From positions 3,520,001-3,584,000 of the forward strand of contig AP038806.1 in assembly GCA_047150005.1 (NCBI GenBank): a stretch of 64,000 bases of DNA, read 5' to 3'. This document shows positions 21,280-31,700 of the stretch, one piece after another. Below the pieces are notes generated by a model. That model was not told where the DNA came from. It ran no database searches and saw only the letters and a list, made by a program, of their open reading frames with translations. Position 1 is the first letter of the stretch; each line of letters begins with the position of its first letter. The stretch is from Nitrospira sp. GTDB taxonomy: Bacteria > Nitrospirota > Nitrospiria > Nitrospirales > Nitrospiraceae. The translations under genes and the position numbers were made by a program.

Positions 21280-22035
21280 CTAGCGGCCCGATTGAGTGAC
21301 CACGGGAACCAGCGGGACCGATGCAGAGCCCGAGTGTTTAGGTTTGACGGATACCGACCGGATGGGATTGTCGGGAAGCGGGGCGCTGCTGACGGTATAG
21401 AACGCGCTGTCCTGCACCAGCTGCTCCATGAGCGCGGTCAAGCAGGATTCGGTGACCAGGCCCTTCAGTTCGTCGATCATCAGCGGGGTCGCTCCGAAGA
21501 GGTGAAACCGGCTCGTGCCCGCCGACCGTCCTTCGTACCGCTTGATCTGTCCATCCCATCGCTCGAGTTCAAGCGTCATGTGGGAGGCATAGTCGTATTC
21601 CAAAGGAATCACGGGTGTGAGCAGGAACATCGATGCGCCGATCACGAGGCCCTTCCAGGCCGCGGCACCGGAATGCGGGTCCACGGCTTCGTCGATCACC
21701 AGTCGGGCGTGGATGGTTTTCCCCTGCGTCGATGCGCCGATATTCTCCGTGGAATCCGATCTGGAAAACAGTCCGATCTCTCGCAAGGAACCCAGAAGCC
21801 GCCGATCCGTGTCCTGCGATGGATTCTGCGGTGAGCCGTTCCTGATCAACTGGACGCGATCCAACAAGAGAGGAACCTGTTCCTGTTGCGCGATTGTTCG
21901 AGCCGTTCCGCGATGGGCGCGGGACGCCTCGTCGTCGGCCAATTCAATCCAACGTGAGCAAGCCGAGCTGAACAACAGCAGCACCGCCAACAGTCCGGCC
22001 CAGGTATTACCGGCTCGTATGCTCTTCACCCACAC
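21280..22035 (-). CDS. Hypothetical lipoprotein
   Basis: Hydrophobic leader ending SSAC; co-oriented with neighbours. Confidence 0.65.
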   Translation of the reverse strand: MWVKSIRAGNTWAGLLAVLLLFSSACSRWIELADDEASRAHRGTARTIAQQEQVPLLLDRVQLIRNGSPQNPSQDTDRRLLGSLREIGLFSRSDSTENIGASTQGKTIHARLVIDEAVDPHSGAAAWKGLVIGASMFLLTPVIPLEYDYASHMTLELERWDGQIKRYEGRSAGTSRFHLFGATPLMIDELKGLVTESCLTALMEQLVQDSAFYTVSSAPLPDNPIRSVSVKPKHSGSASVPLVPVVTQSGR

Positions 22036-22038
22036 CTC

Positions 22039-22647
22039 CTAGAAGTAGAATGAGAACCCGATAAACGGGAGACTGGCATTGAGGCCCACATTTGGATATC
22101 TCGTGCCCGCATTGGAAATGTGCTGAAAGCGATAGCCGGCGTTGAGGGCCATCCGCGGCGTGACGAACCACGACAGACCAACCCCGGCGGTCAGGAGAAA
22201 ATTGAGGCGGGCGGATTCCTCCGGAACATAGCCGACCAGATCCGTGTAAAACGGTCCTCCGGCGAATTCGATATAGGGACGAAACGAATGGTACCCGCTG
22301 AAGAGATACTTGATCTTCGGTGTAAAGCCGATGCCGTGGGTCAGCACCGGCTCCTGAAACTGGATGTACACGATTTCCGCTCCGAGGAGGATCTGACCCT
22401 GGTACCAGCTTTTCCCGATCGGATCGGTCAAGACCATGCTCCACGAAGGCATGAGCGCGGGGCCTTGTTGCTTTGTCGAATGGTCGCTGGTGAGACGGAC
22501 GGATATCAGATAGCCCGCCGTGAAACCCACTTCCTGAGTTCCGAACCGTAGTCCGGCTCCAGACTCTTCGGTCTGCGCGAGCGACGGCGTGAATCCCGCC
22601 GTCAGCAGAAGGATGAAAGCGATGATGCCCCGTCGTGGTCGTGTCAT
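22039..22647 (-). CDS. Acyloxyacyl hydrolase / lipid A deacylase PagL-like outer-membrane beta-barrel
   Basis: Signal peptide, PYIEFAGG, YRFQHISNAG..PNVGLN catalytic motif, terminal Phe. Confidence 0.85.
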   Translation of the reverse strand: MTRPRRGIIAFILLLTAGFTPSLAQTEESGAGLRFGTQEVGFTAGYLISVRLTSDHSTKQQGPALMPSWSMVLTDPIGKSWYQGQILLGAEIVYIQFQEPVLTHGIGFTPKIKYLFSGYHSFRPYIEFAGGPFYTDLVGYVPEESARLNFLLTAGVGLSWFVTPRMALNAGYRFQHISNAGTRYPNVGLNASLPFIGFSFYF

Positions 22648-22795
22648 TCAGCATCTCGGCCCTGTGTCGGCAGGGAAATTGGCCGGCGTGTATTGCACCG
22701 TGAGCGGTGAGGCCTACAGTAACAAAGTATTTCGGGAAGTCCAGAAAGTGAAAGAAACCCGCAAGGAAAATCCCGATGCGGGAAGGAGGAAAGGA

Positions 22796-23557
22796 CTACG
22801 ACGACTGCAATTGTTTCAGGCGGCGGACGTCGTCCGCTTCATCCGGGAGGTGATAGCGGCGGTCGATCATGATCACTCGTTCGAGGCAGCCGCGCGCCGA
22901 GACGGCGTCGCCTCGCCGCTGGTACACCGATGCGAGTAGGCGGATCACGGCGGCCTCGGCCGGCTCGTGCCCGAGCCGCACGTAATGCTCGGAGGCATTG
23001 TTCAGGCAACGCTCCGCGCCGGTCAGCTCGCCGCGCTGAAGATAGCACCTGCCCATCTGACTGTACGTGACGGCCAGGCCTTCCTCGTTGCCCACGATGC
23101 GGTGGTGGTCAAGAGCGAGGCGGAACGACGCGTCGGCCTGCTCCCATTGTTCTTCCCGGGCATCCTGCAGTGCGAGGTTGTTGTAGAGAATTCCCAACGC
23201 CCGATGGTCGTTCAGCTCCAACAGCATATCCAGGGCTTCCAGATAATATGGGCGGGCCTTCTCCTGATAATCCGTACCCACGTGCAGATTGCCGAGATTG
23301 ACCAGCGTGTGCGCAATCGCGTGCGCATCTGGCTCCTCGCGCTGGATGGCGAGCACTTCCCGATAACATCGTTCCGCTCGATCCAAGTCGTTGAGGAGCG
23401 CGCAGGTGTTGCCCAGATTGCCGAGCGATCCCGACAACCCGCGGCGGTTGCCGGTGCGGCGGTCCTCGTCCACCGCAGCCTCCCAGGCCTCGCGGGCATG
23501 AACAAGATCCCCGCGATGAAGGAAAATCCGAGCCCGGTGCTTGTGGTCTTCAGCCAT
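22796..23557 (-). CDS. Tetratricopeptide repeat protein
   Basis: Repeated LGNLG / LVNLG / YNNLA TPR helices; start chosen at MAEDH. Confidence 0.8.
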   Translation of the reverse strand: MAEDHKHRARIFLHRGDLVHAREAWEAAVDEDRRTGNRRGLSGSLGNLGNTCALLNDLDRAERCYREVLAIQREEPDAHAIAHTLVNLGNLHVGTDYQEKARPYYLEALDMLLELNDHRALGILYNNLALQDAREEQWEQADASFRLALDHHRIVGNEEGLAVTYSQMGRCYLQRGELTGAERCLNNASEHYVRLGHEPAEAAVIRLLASVYQRRGDAVSARGCLERVIMIDRRYHLPDEADDVRRLKQLQSS

Positions 23558-23591
23558 GATCGAGGAGCATGATGCCGCGGAACGGCCGGCC

Positions 23592-23806
23592 CTAGCCCAC
23601 ATTATTCATGACGGTTCGTGACGAAACCGCCGAGACGCCAGGCGAGACGGGCACGCGGAGTCCCGCGCAGCCGAGGCGTACTCGTGCAGTACGTTGAGGC
23701 CGCGTGGGGCGAGCCTGCCCGCTGGCCGCGCGAAGCTCGCGGCCAGGCTTGTCGTAGCGGCGTGTCGGCGGTTGCAGTAGAAGCGCTCATGAATAATGTG
23801 GGCTAG
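23592..23806. mobile_element. Non-autonomous miniature inverted-repeat element (MITE), 215 bp including flanking CTAG
   Basis: CTAGCCCACATTATTCATGA (23592-23611) is the exact reverse complement of TCATGAATAATGTGGGCTAG (23787-23806); no transposase inside. Confidence 0.8.
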
Positions 23807-24225
23807 TCTCCGCCCTTCGGCGTGTCTCTTCTGAACTCGACCGCGATGTCGTCTTCTTCCGCCAGGCCGAGCCCCGCGCGAAACGATTCGCGTAGTTCGG
23901 TCACACAGTCGATATCACGTGGGTCCTTGCCGATGGGCGAACCGAGGTAGGACTCGCACAGCGTGAGGCCGGTCCGGAAATGACGGGGGATCGTTTCTTC
24001 GGTGACTTGTTGCCACGTGATGTAGATGCAGAACGCTTGGAAGGCATCGGCGTTCGGATGCGTCGCCGCGAGGACGAGCAGGTGCTCGTAGGCCTCGCGC
24101 GCCGCGGCTCCGGCGCAGGAGGAAAACTGATCTTCGAGGTCTACCGCCGTGAGCCAATCGGGGCCGAGTTGCGCTTGCGATCGTTGAAAGGCCTCACGGG
24201 CGGCCAGAGCGGCATCAAATTGCAT
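23803..24225 (-). CDS. Hypothetical protein
   Basis: The protein-like part of the ORF starts at MQFDAAL; the longer version overlaps the nitroreductase gene. Confidence 0.6.
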   Translation of the reverse strand: MQFDAALAAREAFQRSQAQLGPDWLTAVDLEDQFSSCAGAAAREAYEHLLVLAATHPNADAFQAFCIYITWQQVTEETIPRHFRTGLTLCESYLGSPIGKDPRDIDCVTELRESFRAGLGLAEEDDIAVEFRRDTPKGGD

Positions 24226-24294
24226 CGTGAGAGCATACTCACGGCGTCCGGTCAGGTCAATGTGTGAACGGACCGCCAGCGCATTTACTTCGGC

Positions 24295-26076
24295 ATGGAC
24301 GCTTTGTACACTGGCGATACATCCGCAATGAACGAAGGCCATTCCCCGATATCGCCGTCGGAGCCTCCGGCTTCCGATCCGATCGACGAGGTCGTCCGGT
24401 ATCACAACAGGACGAAGCATCACTTCCATCGCTATGCCCGCTCCATGGGCTATCTGGATTGGGGGAATCAGCCGGATCCGTTTCGACGCTTCGACGGAGC
24501 CGAGCTCATCCGGCTCCCCTTGCTCGCTCACGACGAGGATCCGGCGTCGCCTCCCTATCACGCGCTGTTTGATGCCCGCGACATCGTCGTTCACCCGCTG
24601 ACCGTGCGAAGTCTGTCCCGATTCCTTGAGCTGGCGCTCGCACTCTCGGCATGGAAACGGGCGGGAGAATCGGAATGGGCGCTTCGGAGCAATCCGTCAT
24701 CCGGCAATCTGCATCCGACCGAGGGCTATGTTCTGCTCCCGTCCACGTGCGAGCCAGACTTTCCAGCCGGCCTGTATCACTATGCACCCAGAGAACATGG
24801 GCTGGAGCGGCGGGCCGAGTGTTCAGCCGATCGGGTGGCTCAGCTCCTTGCGCCGTTTCCGGCCCAGGCATTCATTTTGGGATTGACCTCGGTCCATTGG
24901 CGGGAGGCCTGGAAGTATGGTGAGCGCGCCTTCCGCTATTGTCAGCACGACGTCGGGCACGCGATCGGGGCAGCCCGGATCTCTGCCGCCACGCTGGGGT
25001 GGAGAATGGTGCTGTTAGACGGCATCGCACAGGACACCGCCGGGCTTCTGCTTGGCACCAACCGCCGAGAAGATTTTGAGGGTGCCGAACAAGAGAATCC
25101 CGATTGTCTGGCCCTGATCTGGCCGACGGAGACGGGTACGTCTCGCCAAACTGCGACGATTCCGCTGTTCGTGGAGCCGGCGGCAGCCCTCGCGGTGGCG
25201 GAGGGACGATGGGCTGGACGGGCGAATCGCTTGAGCCGAGAACATGCAGTCCATTGGGACGTGATCGACGAGGCTGCCGCCGCTTCGTGGAAGCATGAGG
25301 ACGATCGGCGGAAGATCCAGGCGGCGGTCTCTGATGGATGCCCGGCCGGCGAGGTGATCGACGGCGGGGTGTCTGTCCCGGCGGCGCAGATTATCCGTCA
25401 GCGCCGGAGTGCCGTGGCGTTCGACGGCAGGACGTCGATGTCCTCCGCCCGCTTTTTCCGCATGCTGCGGCTCGTGATGCCTCGAACGAATAGCGGGCAG
25501 TTGGACCGCACCGTGCCGTGGGATGTCTGGCCGTATGAGCCGGCGGTTCATCTCATGCTGTTCGTGCATCGGATCGACGGCCTCACGCCGGGACTGTATT
25601 TCCTTCTGCGCGACCCCGCCAAGTTGTCGTTCGTCCAAGATTCCATGAATCCCGAGCTGGTGTGGAGTAAAGCGCCGGGGGCACCGGATGATCTGCCTCT
25701 TTATTGGTTGCTCGAGGGGGATGCGAAGAAACTCGCCGTCCAAGTGAGCTGCCATCAGGACATCGCCGGTGACGGTGCATTCTCTTTCGGCATGTTCGCC
25801 GAGTTCGAGGGGCGCTTGCGAAAAGACGGCGCCTGGTGGTATCCACGATTGTTCTGGGAAGCGGGATTGCTGGGCCAGGTTCTCTACCTTGACGCAGAAG
25901 AAGCGGGAGTACGGGCGACCGGTATCGGATGTTTTTTCGACGATCCGGTTCACGAGATCCTTGCGGTGAAGCCGATGGTCCTCCAGTCTCTCTATCACTT
26001 CACCGTCGGTGGGCCGATCGAAGACCGTCGCCTCTTGACTTTGCCGCCATACTATCATCTTCATAGAAATAAATAG
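24295..26076 (+). CDS. SagB/ThcOx-type tandem nitroreductase-family protein
   Basis: LRSNPSSGNLHPTE, WKYGERAFRY..HDVGHA, second domain IRQRRSA...GIGCFFDD. Confidence 0.85.
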   Translation: MDALYTGDTSAMNEGHSPISPSEPPASDPIDEVVRYHNRTKHHFHRYARSMGYLDWGNQPDPFRRFDGAELIRLPLLAHDEDPASPPYHALFDARDIVVHPLTVRSLSRFLELALALSAWKRAGESEWALRSNPSSGNLHPTEGYVLLPSTCEPDFPAGLYHYAPREHGLERRAECSADRVAQLLAPFPAQAFILGLTSVHWREAWKYGERAFRYCQHDVGHAIGAARISAATLGWRMVLLDGIAQDTAGLLLGTNRREDFEGAEQENPDCLALIWPTETGTSRQTATIPLFVEPAAALAVAEGRWAGRANRLSREHAVHWDVIDEAAAASWKHEDDRRKIQAAVSDGCPAGEVIDGGVSVPAAQIIRQRRSAVAFDGRTSMSSARFFRMLRLVMPRTNSGQLDRTVPWDVWPYEPAVHLMLFVHRIDGLTPGLYFLLRDPAKLSFVQDSMNPELVWSKAPGAPDDLPLYWLLEGDAKKLAVQVSCHQDIAGDGAFSFGMFAEFEGRLRKDGAWWYPRLFWEAGLLGQVLYLDAEEAGVRATGIGCFFDDPVHEILAVKPMVLQSLYHFTVGGPIEDRRLLTLPPYYHLHRNK

Positions 26077-26108
26077 TTGAGTAATCCATATGATAGAGAC
26101 AATTATCC

Positions 26109-26963
26109 ATGTTTAAGATTAAGAAAAAGCTCACCAAGACCAAGCCGCCAGAACTGTACAACATCATCGAGGACTATTCGGAATTTGATGCGCCGGGCAA
26201 CGTGACCGTCTGCGCGATGACGCTCACGGAAGATCTGTCGGTGCATGCCAGAATTCTCTCGGAGAGCTACGACGTCCCTCTGGATCAGATGACCGCGCTG
26301 CTTGCGGAGGGCGGCGTCTACGTCTACCCGCAAGTGGGCGGTCTGGTGACGCAGGGTCTTTTTTGTTGCCTGGTCGATCCGACCGGTGCCTCACCCAAAC
26401 AGAGCTGGGTCTTGGATCTCATGCAGTTCGCCGAGGCCGAGCAGTTGAGTCGTGCCAAGTCCTGTCCGTTGCAGGAAGCGGCGGTGAAAGTCTTCCGCCG
26501 CACGCTTTCGGACGAATTGAAAGCAAAGCTGGAACAGAAGAATCTGGGCTTGGACTATCGCACGCTCAGCCCCCAGGTGGCAAAAGGCGGGGACATCAAG
26601 TACATCGATTTCCGGAAGGATTGGTCTCCACATTTCAAGCGCCTCTGCATCATGCCGGACGGACGGCTGGTGGAGACGGGCGGTTTGCCGGAGTTCGCCC
26701 ATCTGCATGGGATCACCCAAGCGCAAGCGAAAACGCTGGTCGGCGAGGGAGGCATCCTGGAAGTCGGTGAGGAGGTCCTGGCCTGTCAGATCGTCAATGG
26801 GCAGCCGGCCGTCGCACGATTCAGCGCGAACAACTACGCGAAAGCGAAAGAACTGGTGCGCACGAAGGGACTCCACCTGATGGACGCGCTCAGCGAGGTC
26901 GGCTACAACGATCCCGCCATGATGCGCGGGCTCGCACGCAAGGAGTTGACCGGTGGCCGTTGA
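26109..26963 (+). CDS. Hypothetical protein
   Basis: 284-aa ORF with good codon usage; no family recognised. Confidence 0.65.
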   Translation: MFKIKKKLTKTKPPELYNIIEDYSEFDAPGNVTVCAMTLTEDLSVHARILSESYDVPLDQMTALLAEGGVYVYPQVGGLVTQGLFCCLVDPTGASPKQSWVLDLMQFAEAEQLSRAKSCPLQEAAVKVFRRTLSDELKAKLEQKNLGLDYRTLSPQVAKGGDIKYIDFRKDWSPHFKRLCIMPDGRLVETGGLPEFAHLHGITQAQAKTLVGEGGILEVGEEVLACQIVNGQPAVARFSANNYAKAKELVRTKGLHLMDALSEVGYNDPAMMRGLARKELTGGR

Positions 26964-27106
26964 CGAAGATCCCCGCAAGGCATTTGTGTGATGACGATCA
27001 TAATTTCTGTGCTCGCGGAGGCGGGCTAAGCCGGGGCAGAACGGGACAGTTCGCCGGTAATATTGCGGCTGGGGGTGCCGTCGTCGGCAAGAACGCGGCT
27101 ATGAAC

Positions 27107-27535
27107 CTATCGGATGGGAAGAGGAGGGGCTTGGGGACCAGCCGGTAGTCTCAGGCGATTTTTCCAAATGTTCCAGAGGAGCGTTCCCACTATGGCTCCG
27201 CTCACATTGCAGACGATATCTACCGGCGAAGGACGCCGATTGTGTGAGTAAACCTGGTAGAGTTCAACGGTACAGGAAAGGAGCAAGGCGAATACGAGGA
27301 GTATTGTGTGAGTAGAGGAATTTGCCGCATCCTTGCATTGAAGAAAGAGTATGGCGAAGGGGACATAGAGTGCAATGTTGGCAAGAATATCGAGCCAAAA
27401 TTCAATCGTTCGAATCTCCGATAGGGGGGGAACCCAGACCACATACTCCCAATGGGAATGCGCCACAAAGACAGAGCCGTATGCCCCACTTGCCAGAATG
27501 AGGAACGTGTAAAGAATCAGTAGTATCGGCCACAT
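27107..27535 (-). CDS. VanZ family membrane protein
   Basis: DILANIALYVPF, LSCTVELYQ..SHNRRPS..DIVCN..GA motif. Confidence 0.8.
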   Translation of the reverse strand: MWPILLILYTFLILASGAYGSVFVAHSHWEYVVWVPPLSEIRTIEFWLDILANIALYVPFAILFLQCKDAANSSTHTILLVFALLLSCTVELYQVYSHNRRPSPVDIVCNVSGAIVGTLLWNIWKNRLRLPAGPQAPPLPIR

Positions 27536-27604
27536 TCCTGTCGGGGGATATTGCTTCCTGCTGACGAATAAGAAGGACTGAGAATATCTGCCGGACAGTG
27601 CTGC

Positions 27605-27976
27605 CTAGCGGGTAAGCTCTTCCTTGACGGCGTCGATTAACCTATTCAAATCGAACGGCTTTTCAAATACCCGCCGGGCGCCGAACAGTTTGGCGACGTC
27701 CAGAAAGTTGCGATCCCCCTGGGCTCCGGTCATGGCGATGACCTTGGCGTCCACATACTCGCGCGTCAGCTGCAGGGTCGCTTCGAGGCCGTCCGTCCCA
27801 GGCATGAGAATGTCCATGATGACCAGATCGACCGGGTTTTTCTGATAGGCGTGCAAGCCCTCTTCTCCGTCCCGTGCCTCGATGACCTGGTACTCGGCTT
27901 TCTCCAAGACATCTTTCAACAGAAGACGGATTGAGTCTTCATCGTCGATGACAAGAATCGTGGCCATGATGATCAA
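27605..27976 (-). CDS. Single-domain response regulator (receiver)
   Basis: ILVIDDE, MDILMP..DG, AMTG and EKPF motifs. Confidence 0.92.
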   Translation of the reverse strand: MIIMATILVIDDEDSIRLLLKDVLEKAEYQVIEARDGEEGLHAYQKNPVDLVIMDILMPGTDGLEATLQLTREYVDAKVIAMTGAQGDRNFLDVAKLFGARRVFEKPFDLNRLIDAVKEELTR

Positions 27977-28231
27977 CGCTCCTTGAACCCACTGAATACT
28001 ACCCGCATTGGTGGCGGCTGTCTAGGAAGAATACGATTGCGCGCGGGTGACCATGAAATGCGCAAGGGCCGGCCACGTCCGACTGCGATCGGACACTGCG
28101 ATATCGCGTCGTTCAGACATGGACAAAAATATCAGCGCCGGGGGCTTGACCTCATTCGCCGATATTTGCTACAAACATGTGACACTCATACCACCGCGAC
28201 GCTCACCATCCTTATCATTTCGGAGATTGTC

Positions 28232-28795
28232 GTGTCGTACCAGGATTGGCTCTGGACGCGCCGAGCCTTGCTGAAGACCTCTCTTGTCGGACTGCTTGCC
28301 GTCGGCGGACGTCTCTTCTGTCCTTTGACGTCGCAGGCCAGGACATTGCCGGAAGGCGAACTGGATTTTTACAACGTCCATACCGACGAGCGGCTGCATG
28401 TCCGGTACCGAAACGAGCAGGGTGAGTACGACCTGGGCGCGTTGGACGAGGTCAATCATGTGCTCCGGTGTCACCATACCGGCGAGGTCGCTGCGATGGA
28501 TATCCGCCTGCTCGAGCATGTGAATCTTGTACAGAAGGCCTTGGGTGGAAACGGCGAGATCCACGCGATCTCCGGATATCGGTCGCCGGAATACAATGCT
28601 CTGCTGGTCAAGCGGAGCCGACGCGCAGTACGACACAGTTACCACATCGCAGGGCAAGCACTGGATTTCTACATCCCGGGCACTCCGCTCCGCGCGATTC
28701 GCCAAGCCGCGATGACACTGCAGTATGGAGGCGTCGGATTCTATCCGAGAGCCGGCTTCGTGCATCTCGACTGCGGCCCGGTCCGGTTCTGGTAA
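28232..28795 (+). CDS. YcbK/DUF882 family M15 peptidase with Tat signal
   Basis: GTG start after GGAGA; TRRALLK Tat motif; ISGYRSPEYN, SYHIAGQALD, FVHLD. Confidence 0.85.
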   Translation: MSYQDWLWTRRALLKTSLVGLLAVGGRLFCPLTSQARTLPEGELDFYNVHTDERLHVRYRNEQGEYDLGALDEVNHVLRCHHTGEVAAMDIRLLEHVNLVQKALGGNGEIHAISGYRSPEYNALLVKRSRRAVRHSYHIAGQALDFYIPGTPLRAIRQAAMTLQYGGVGFYPRAGFVHLDCGPVRFW

Positions 28796-28841
28796 CCGGC
28801 CCACCGATCGTGTCGCTCCTACGAACGGGGAGGAGATTGTG

Positions 28842-29387
28842 ATGTTTTCGTATCACCGGATGGCCCGGGCCGTCGGCTCCGCCGTCGTGCTCGTCGTTCT
28901 ACTGGGCACCCCCCCGCCCGCATCGGCCGCCGAACAAAGCCGGAAACCGGCCGTCATCAAAGCCGGCACTCAGGTCTCCCTCGAATACACATTGCGGTTG
29001 GAAGATCAGACCGTCTTGGAGTCGAACGTGGGAAAGGCCCCGATGGTGTATCGTCAGGGAGCACATGAAATCGTCCCGGGGCTGGAGCAATCGCTGGAAG
29101 GACATGCCAAGGGCGACACCGCGCGAATTGTCGTGCAACCGTCCGACGGATATGGAGACGTCGATCCGAAAGCCGTCCAAGAGGTCAAGAAGAGCCTCAT
29201 TCCGGAGGCAGCCAGGAAAGTCGGCGCTCAGCTCGAGGCAAAAGGGCCGGACGGGGAGTCGCTCTTTCCACGCGTGACCGCCATGACCGATGATACAGTC
29301 ACGCTGGATTTCAATCATCCGCTGGCGGGGAAAGTGCTCGTGTTCGACGTGACGGTATTGGACGTCCAGGCTGTTCCGCGGAAGTGA
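28842..29387 (+). CDS. FKBP-type peptidyl-prolyl isomerase (SlyD-like) with N-terminal signal peptide
   Basis: VSLEYTL, IVPGLE, DGYG, LDFNHPLAGKVL.FDV; hydrophobic leader; AGGAG RBS. Confidence 0.85.
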   Translation: MFSYHRMARAVGSAVVLVVLLGTPPPASAAEQSRKPAVIKAGTQVSLEYTLRLEDQTVLESNVGKAPMVYRQGAHEIVPGLEQSLEGHAKGDTARIVVQPSDGYGDVDPKAVQEVKKSLIPEAARKVGAQLEAKGPDGESLFPRVTAMTDDTVTLDFNHPLAGKVLVFDVTVLDVQAVPRK

Positions 29388-29392
29388 CGCCG

Positions 29393-31600
29393 CTACCGGT
29401 CTGAATGCCGGCGCAAGTACAAGACCGAGAGCGGGGGCAAGATAAGACTCAGCGAAGCCGGGAAGCCGTGGCTCGGGATCTCCTGCGAGTGCAACCCACC
29501 GGCGTTACCAAGATTGCTGCCGCCGTAGACGGAGGAGTCGGTATTGAGCACCTCTCGATAGTAGCCGGTTCGGGGGACGCCGATGCGGTATGCATGGCGG
29601 GGAACCGGAGTGAAGTTGCAGACGCAGAGCAATTGCACTTCCGAATCTTTGGCTTTTCGGATGAAGGCCACGACCGAATGGGTGGCGTCATGAAAGTCGA
29701 TCCACTGGAACCCCGCCCAGTCGTGATCGATTTCGTGCAGCGGCAGCTGGTTTCGGTACAGCCAGTTTAGATCTCTGACGAGCCGCTGAAGCCCTGCGTG
29801 GGGAGGAAACTCGCTCAGATGCCAGTCCAAGCTGCGGTCGTGGTTCCACTCCCGCCACTGGCCGAATTCTCCCCCCATAAACAGCATTTTCTTGCCCGGA
29901 TGGGCGTACATGAATCCATACAAGGCCCGCAGATTGGCGAACCGTTGCCAGTCATCTCCCGGCATCTTGTCGAGCAGCGCCCCCTTGCCGTGGACGACCT
30001 CATCGTGCGAGAGCGGCAGAAGAAAGTTCTCGCTGAAGGCATACAGCAAGCCGAACGTCAGTTGACTCTGATGGTACAACCGGTGCACGGGCTCATGGTG
30101 GAAATAGTCGAGGGTGTCGTGCATCCAGCCCATGTTCCATTTGAAGGTGAACCCGAGGCCGCCGCTGTAGGTCGGACGGGAAACCCCGGCCCACGACGTT
30201 GATTCCTCCGCCACCATGATGGCGCCTGGAAAGTCTCGATGGACGAGCACGTTCAGGTCTTTCAAGAACAGGACGGCGTCGAGATTTTCGTGGCCGCCGA
30301 ACTGGTTGGGAATCCATTCTCCGGACTTCCTCCCGTAGTCGAGATACAGCATGGACGCGACCGCGTCCACGCGCAACCCATCGATATGGTACCGATCCAT
30401 CCAAAACAGGGCGCTGTTCATCAGGAAGTTGCGCACCTCGACTCGGCCGTAGTTGAAGATACGGCTGTGCCAGTCCGGATGGTAGCCGAGGCGGGGATCG
30501 GCATGGTCGTACAGATGGGTGCCGTCGAATTGCGACAGGCCATGCGGATCGTCGGGAAAGTGGGCCGGGGCCCAATCCATCAGGATGCCGATGCCGTTCT
30601 GGTGCGCCCGGTCGACGAAGACCATGAAGTCTTCGGCCGATCCGTAACGGCTCGTGGCCGCGAAATAGCCGGTGGCCTGGTATCCCCATGAGGCGTCGAA
30701 CGGATGTTCGGTGAGCGGCAACAACTCCAAATGGGTAAATCCCATCTCTTTCGCATAGGGGATCAGCCTGTCCGCCAATTCGCGATAGGTGAGCCACCGG
30801 TTGTCCTCTTCGGCAATTCTCATCCACGAACCGAGATGGACTTCATAGACGGAGAGGGGCGCACCGAGCGGATCCCATTTCGCCCGCGCGTCCATCCACG
30901 CATGATCGTTCCATGTGTAGGTCGCGGTATCCGTCACGACGGAAGCGGTTTTGGGCCGGAGTTCCGACGCGAACGCGTAAGGATCGGCCTTGAGCAGAAT
31001 CGTGTCCTGTCCACGCGGACGGATTTCATACTTATAGAGGGTTCCGGATCCCAACTCGGGAATGAAGAGTTCCCATAATCCGGTCGAGCCGCGGTTGGCC
31101 ATCGGATGGCGTCGTCCATCCCATTGATTGAAATCGCCGACGACGCTGACGCGGGCCGCGTTGGGAGCCCACACGACAAAGTGAACACCGGATACTCCGC
31201 GGACATCGCGCAGATGCGCGCCCATCGTCTCATAAGCCCGGTAGAATGTTCCTTCCGAGAAGAGATGTAACTGGTAGTCCGTGAGCAACGGCGCAAAGGC
31301 ATAGGCATCGTATCCGTCGGAGACCTGTCCGTGGCGATCGAGGACGCGCAATCGATACGGCCTAGTCGACAATGGGCCGGGGATGAGGCATTCGAACAGC
31401 CCGCTTTTGTGGACGCGCTGCATGGAGATCGGTTCGGCTCCGTCCAGGAGCACAGAGACTCTCTCGGCTTCAGGGTTGAAGCTGCGAATGGCGACCGCTC
31501 CGGAGCCGTCGTCCGACGGGTGCGCGCCGAGCAGCGCGTGGGGATCCCAGAGCCTTCCCTGCACCAACTGTTCAATATCTTCAAGAGAAAGTTTCGACAT
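29393..31600 (-). CDS. glgB: 1,4-alpha-glucan branching enzyme
   Basis: VWAPNA, YEVHLGSW, DGLRVDAVASM, AEESTSW, KWNMGWM, LSHDEVVHGK. Confidence 0.97.
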   Translation of the reverse strand: MSKLSLEDIEQLVQGRLWDPHALLGAHPSDDGSGAVAIRSFNPEAERVSVLLDGAEPISMQRVHKSGLFECLIPGPLSTRPYRLRVLDRHGQVSDGYDAYAFAPLLTDYQLHLFSEGTFYRAYETMGAHLRDVRGVSGVHFVVWAPNAARVSVVGDFNQWDGRRHPMANRGSTGLWELFIPELGSGTLYKYEIRPRGQDTILLKADPYAFASELRPKTASVVTDTATYTWNDHAWMDARAKWDPLGAPLSVYEVHLGSWMRIAEEDNRWLTYRELADRLIPYAKEMGFTHLELLPLTEHPFDASWGYQATGYFAATSRYGSAEDFMVFVDRAHQNGIGILMDWAPAHFPDDPHGLSQFDGTHLYDHADPRLGYHPDWHSRIFNYGRVEVRNFLMNSALFWMDRYHIDGLRVDAVASMLYLDYGRKSGEWIPNQFGGHENLDAVLFLKDLNVLVHRDFPGAIMVAEESTSWAGVSRPTYSGGLGFTFKWNMGWMHDTLDYFHHEPVHRLYHQSQLTFGLLYAFSENFLLPLSHDEVVHGKGALLDKMPGDDWQRFANLRALYGFMYAHPGKKMLFMGGEFGQWREWNHDRSLDWHLSEFPPHAGLQRLVRDLNWLYRNQLPLHEIDHDWAGFQWIDFHDATHSVVAFIRKAKDSEVQLLCVCNFTPVPRHAYRIGVPRTGYYREVLNTDSSVYGGSNLGNAGGLHSQEIPSHGFPASLSLILPPLSVLYLRRHSDR

Positions 31601-31700
31601 GATCGACAGACCTCATTTCCATCCGCTATGGTACGTGGTTCGAACCTCGATAGGAAAGAGGAAAAGAATCCAGATTTGTGGTGAACCGGTTGTGACCAAT

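Noticed and set aside
23602..23790. 62-aa ORFs on either strand
   Set aside because: They lie within the MITE and have no protein-like features.
24295..26076. RiPP (azole) cluster based on the SagB/ThcOx-like gene
   Set aside because: No YcaO, precursor peptide or transporter nearby; likely a stand-alone nitroreductase-family protein.
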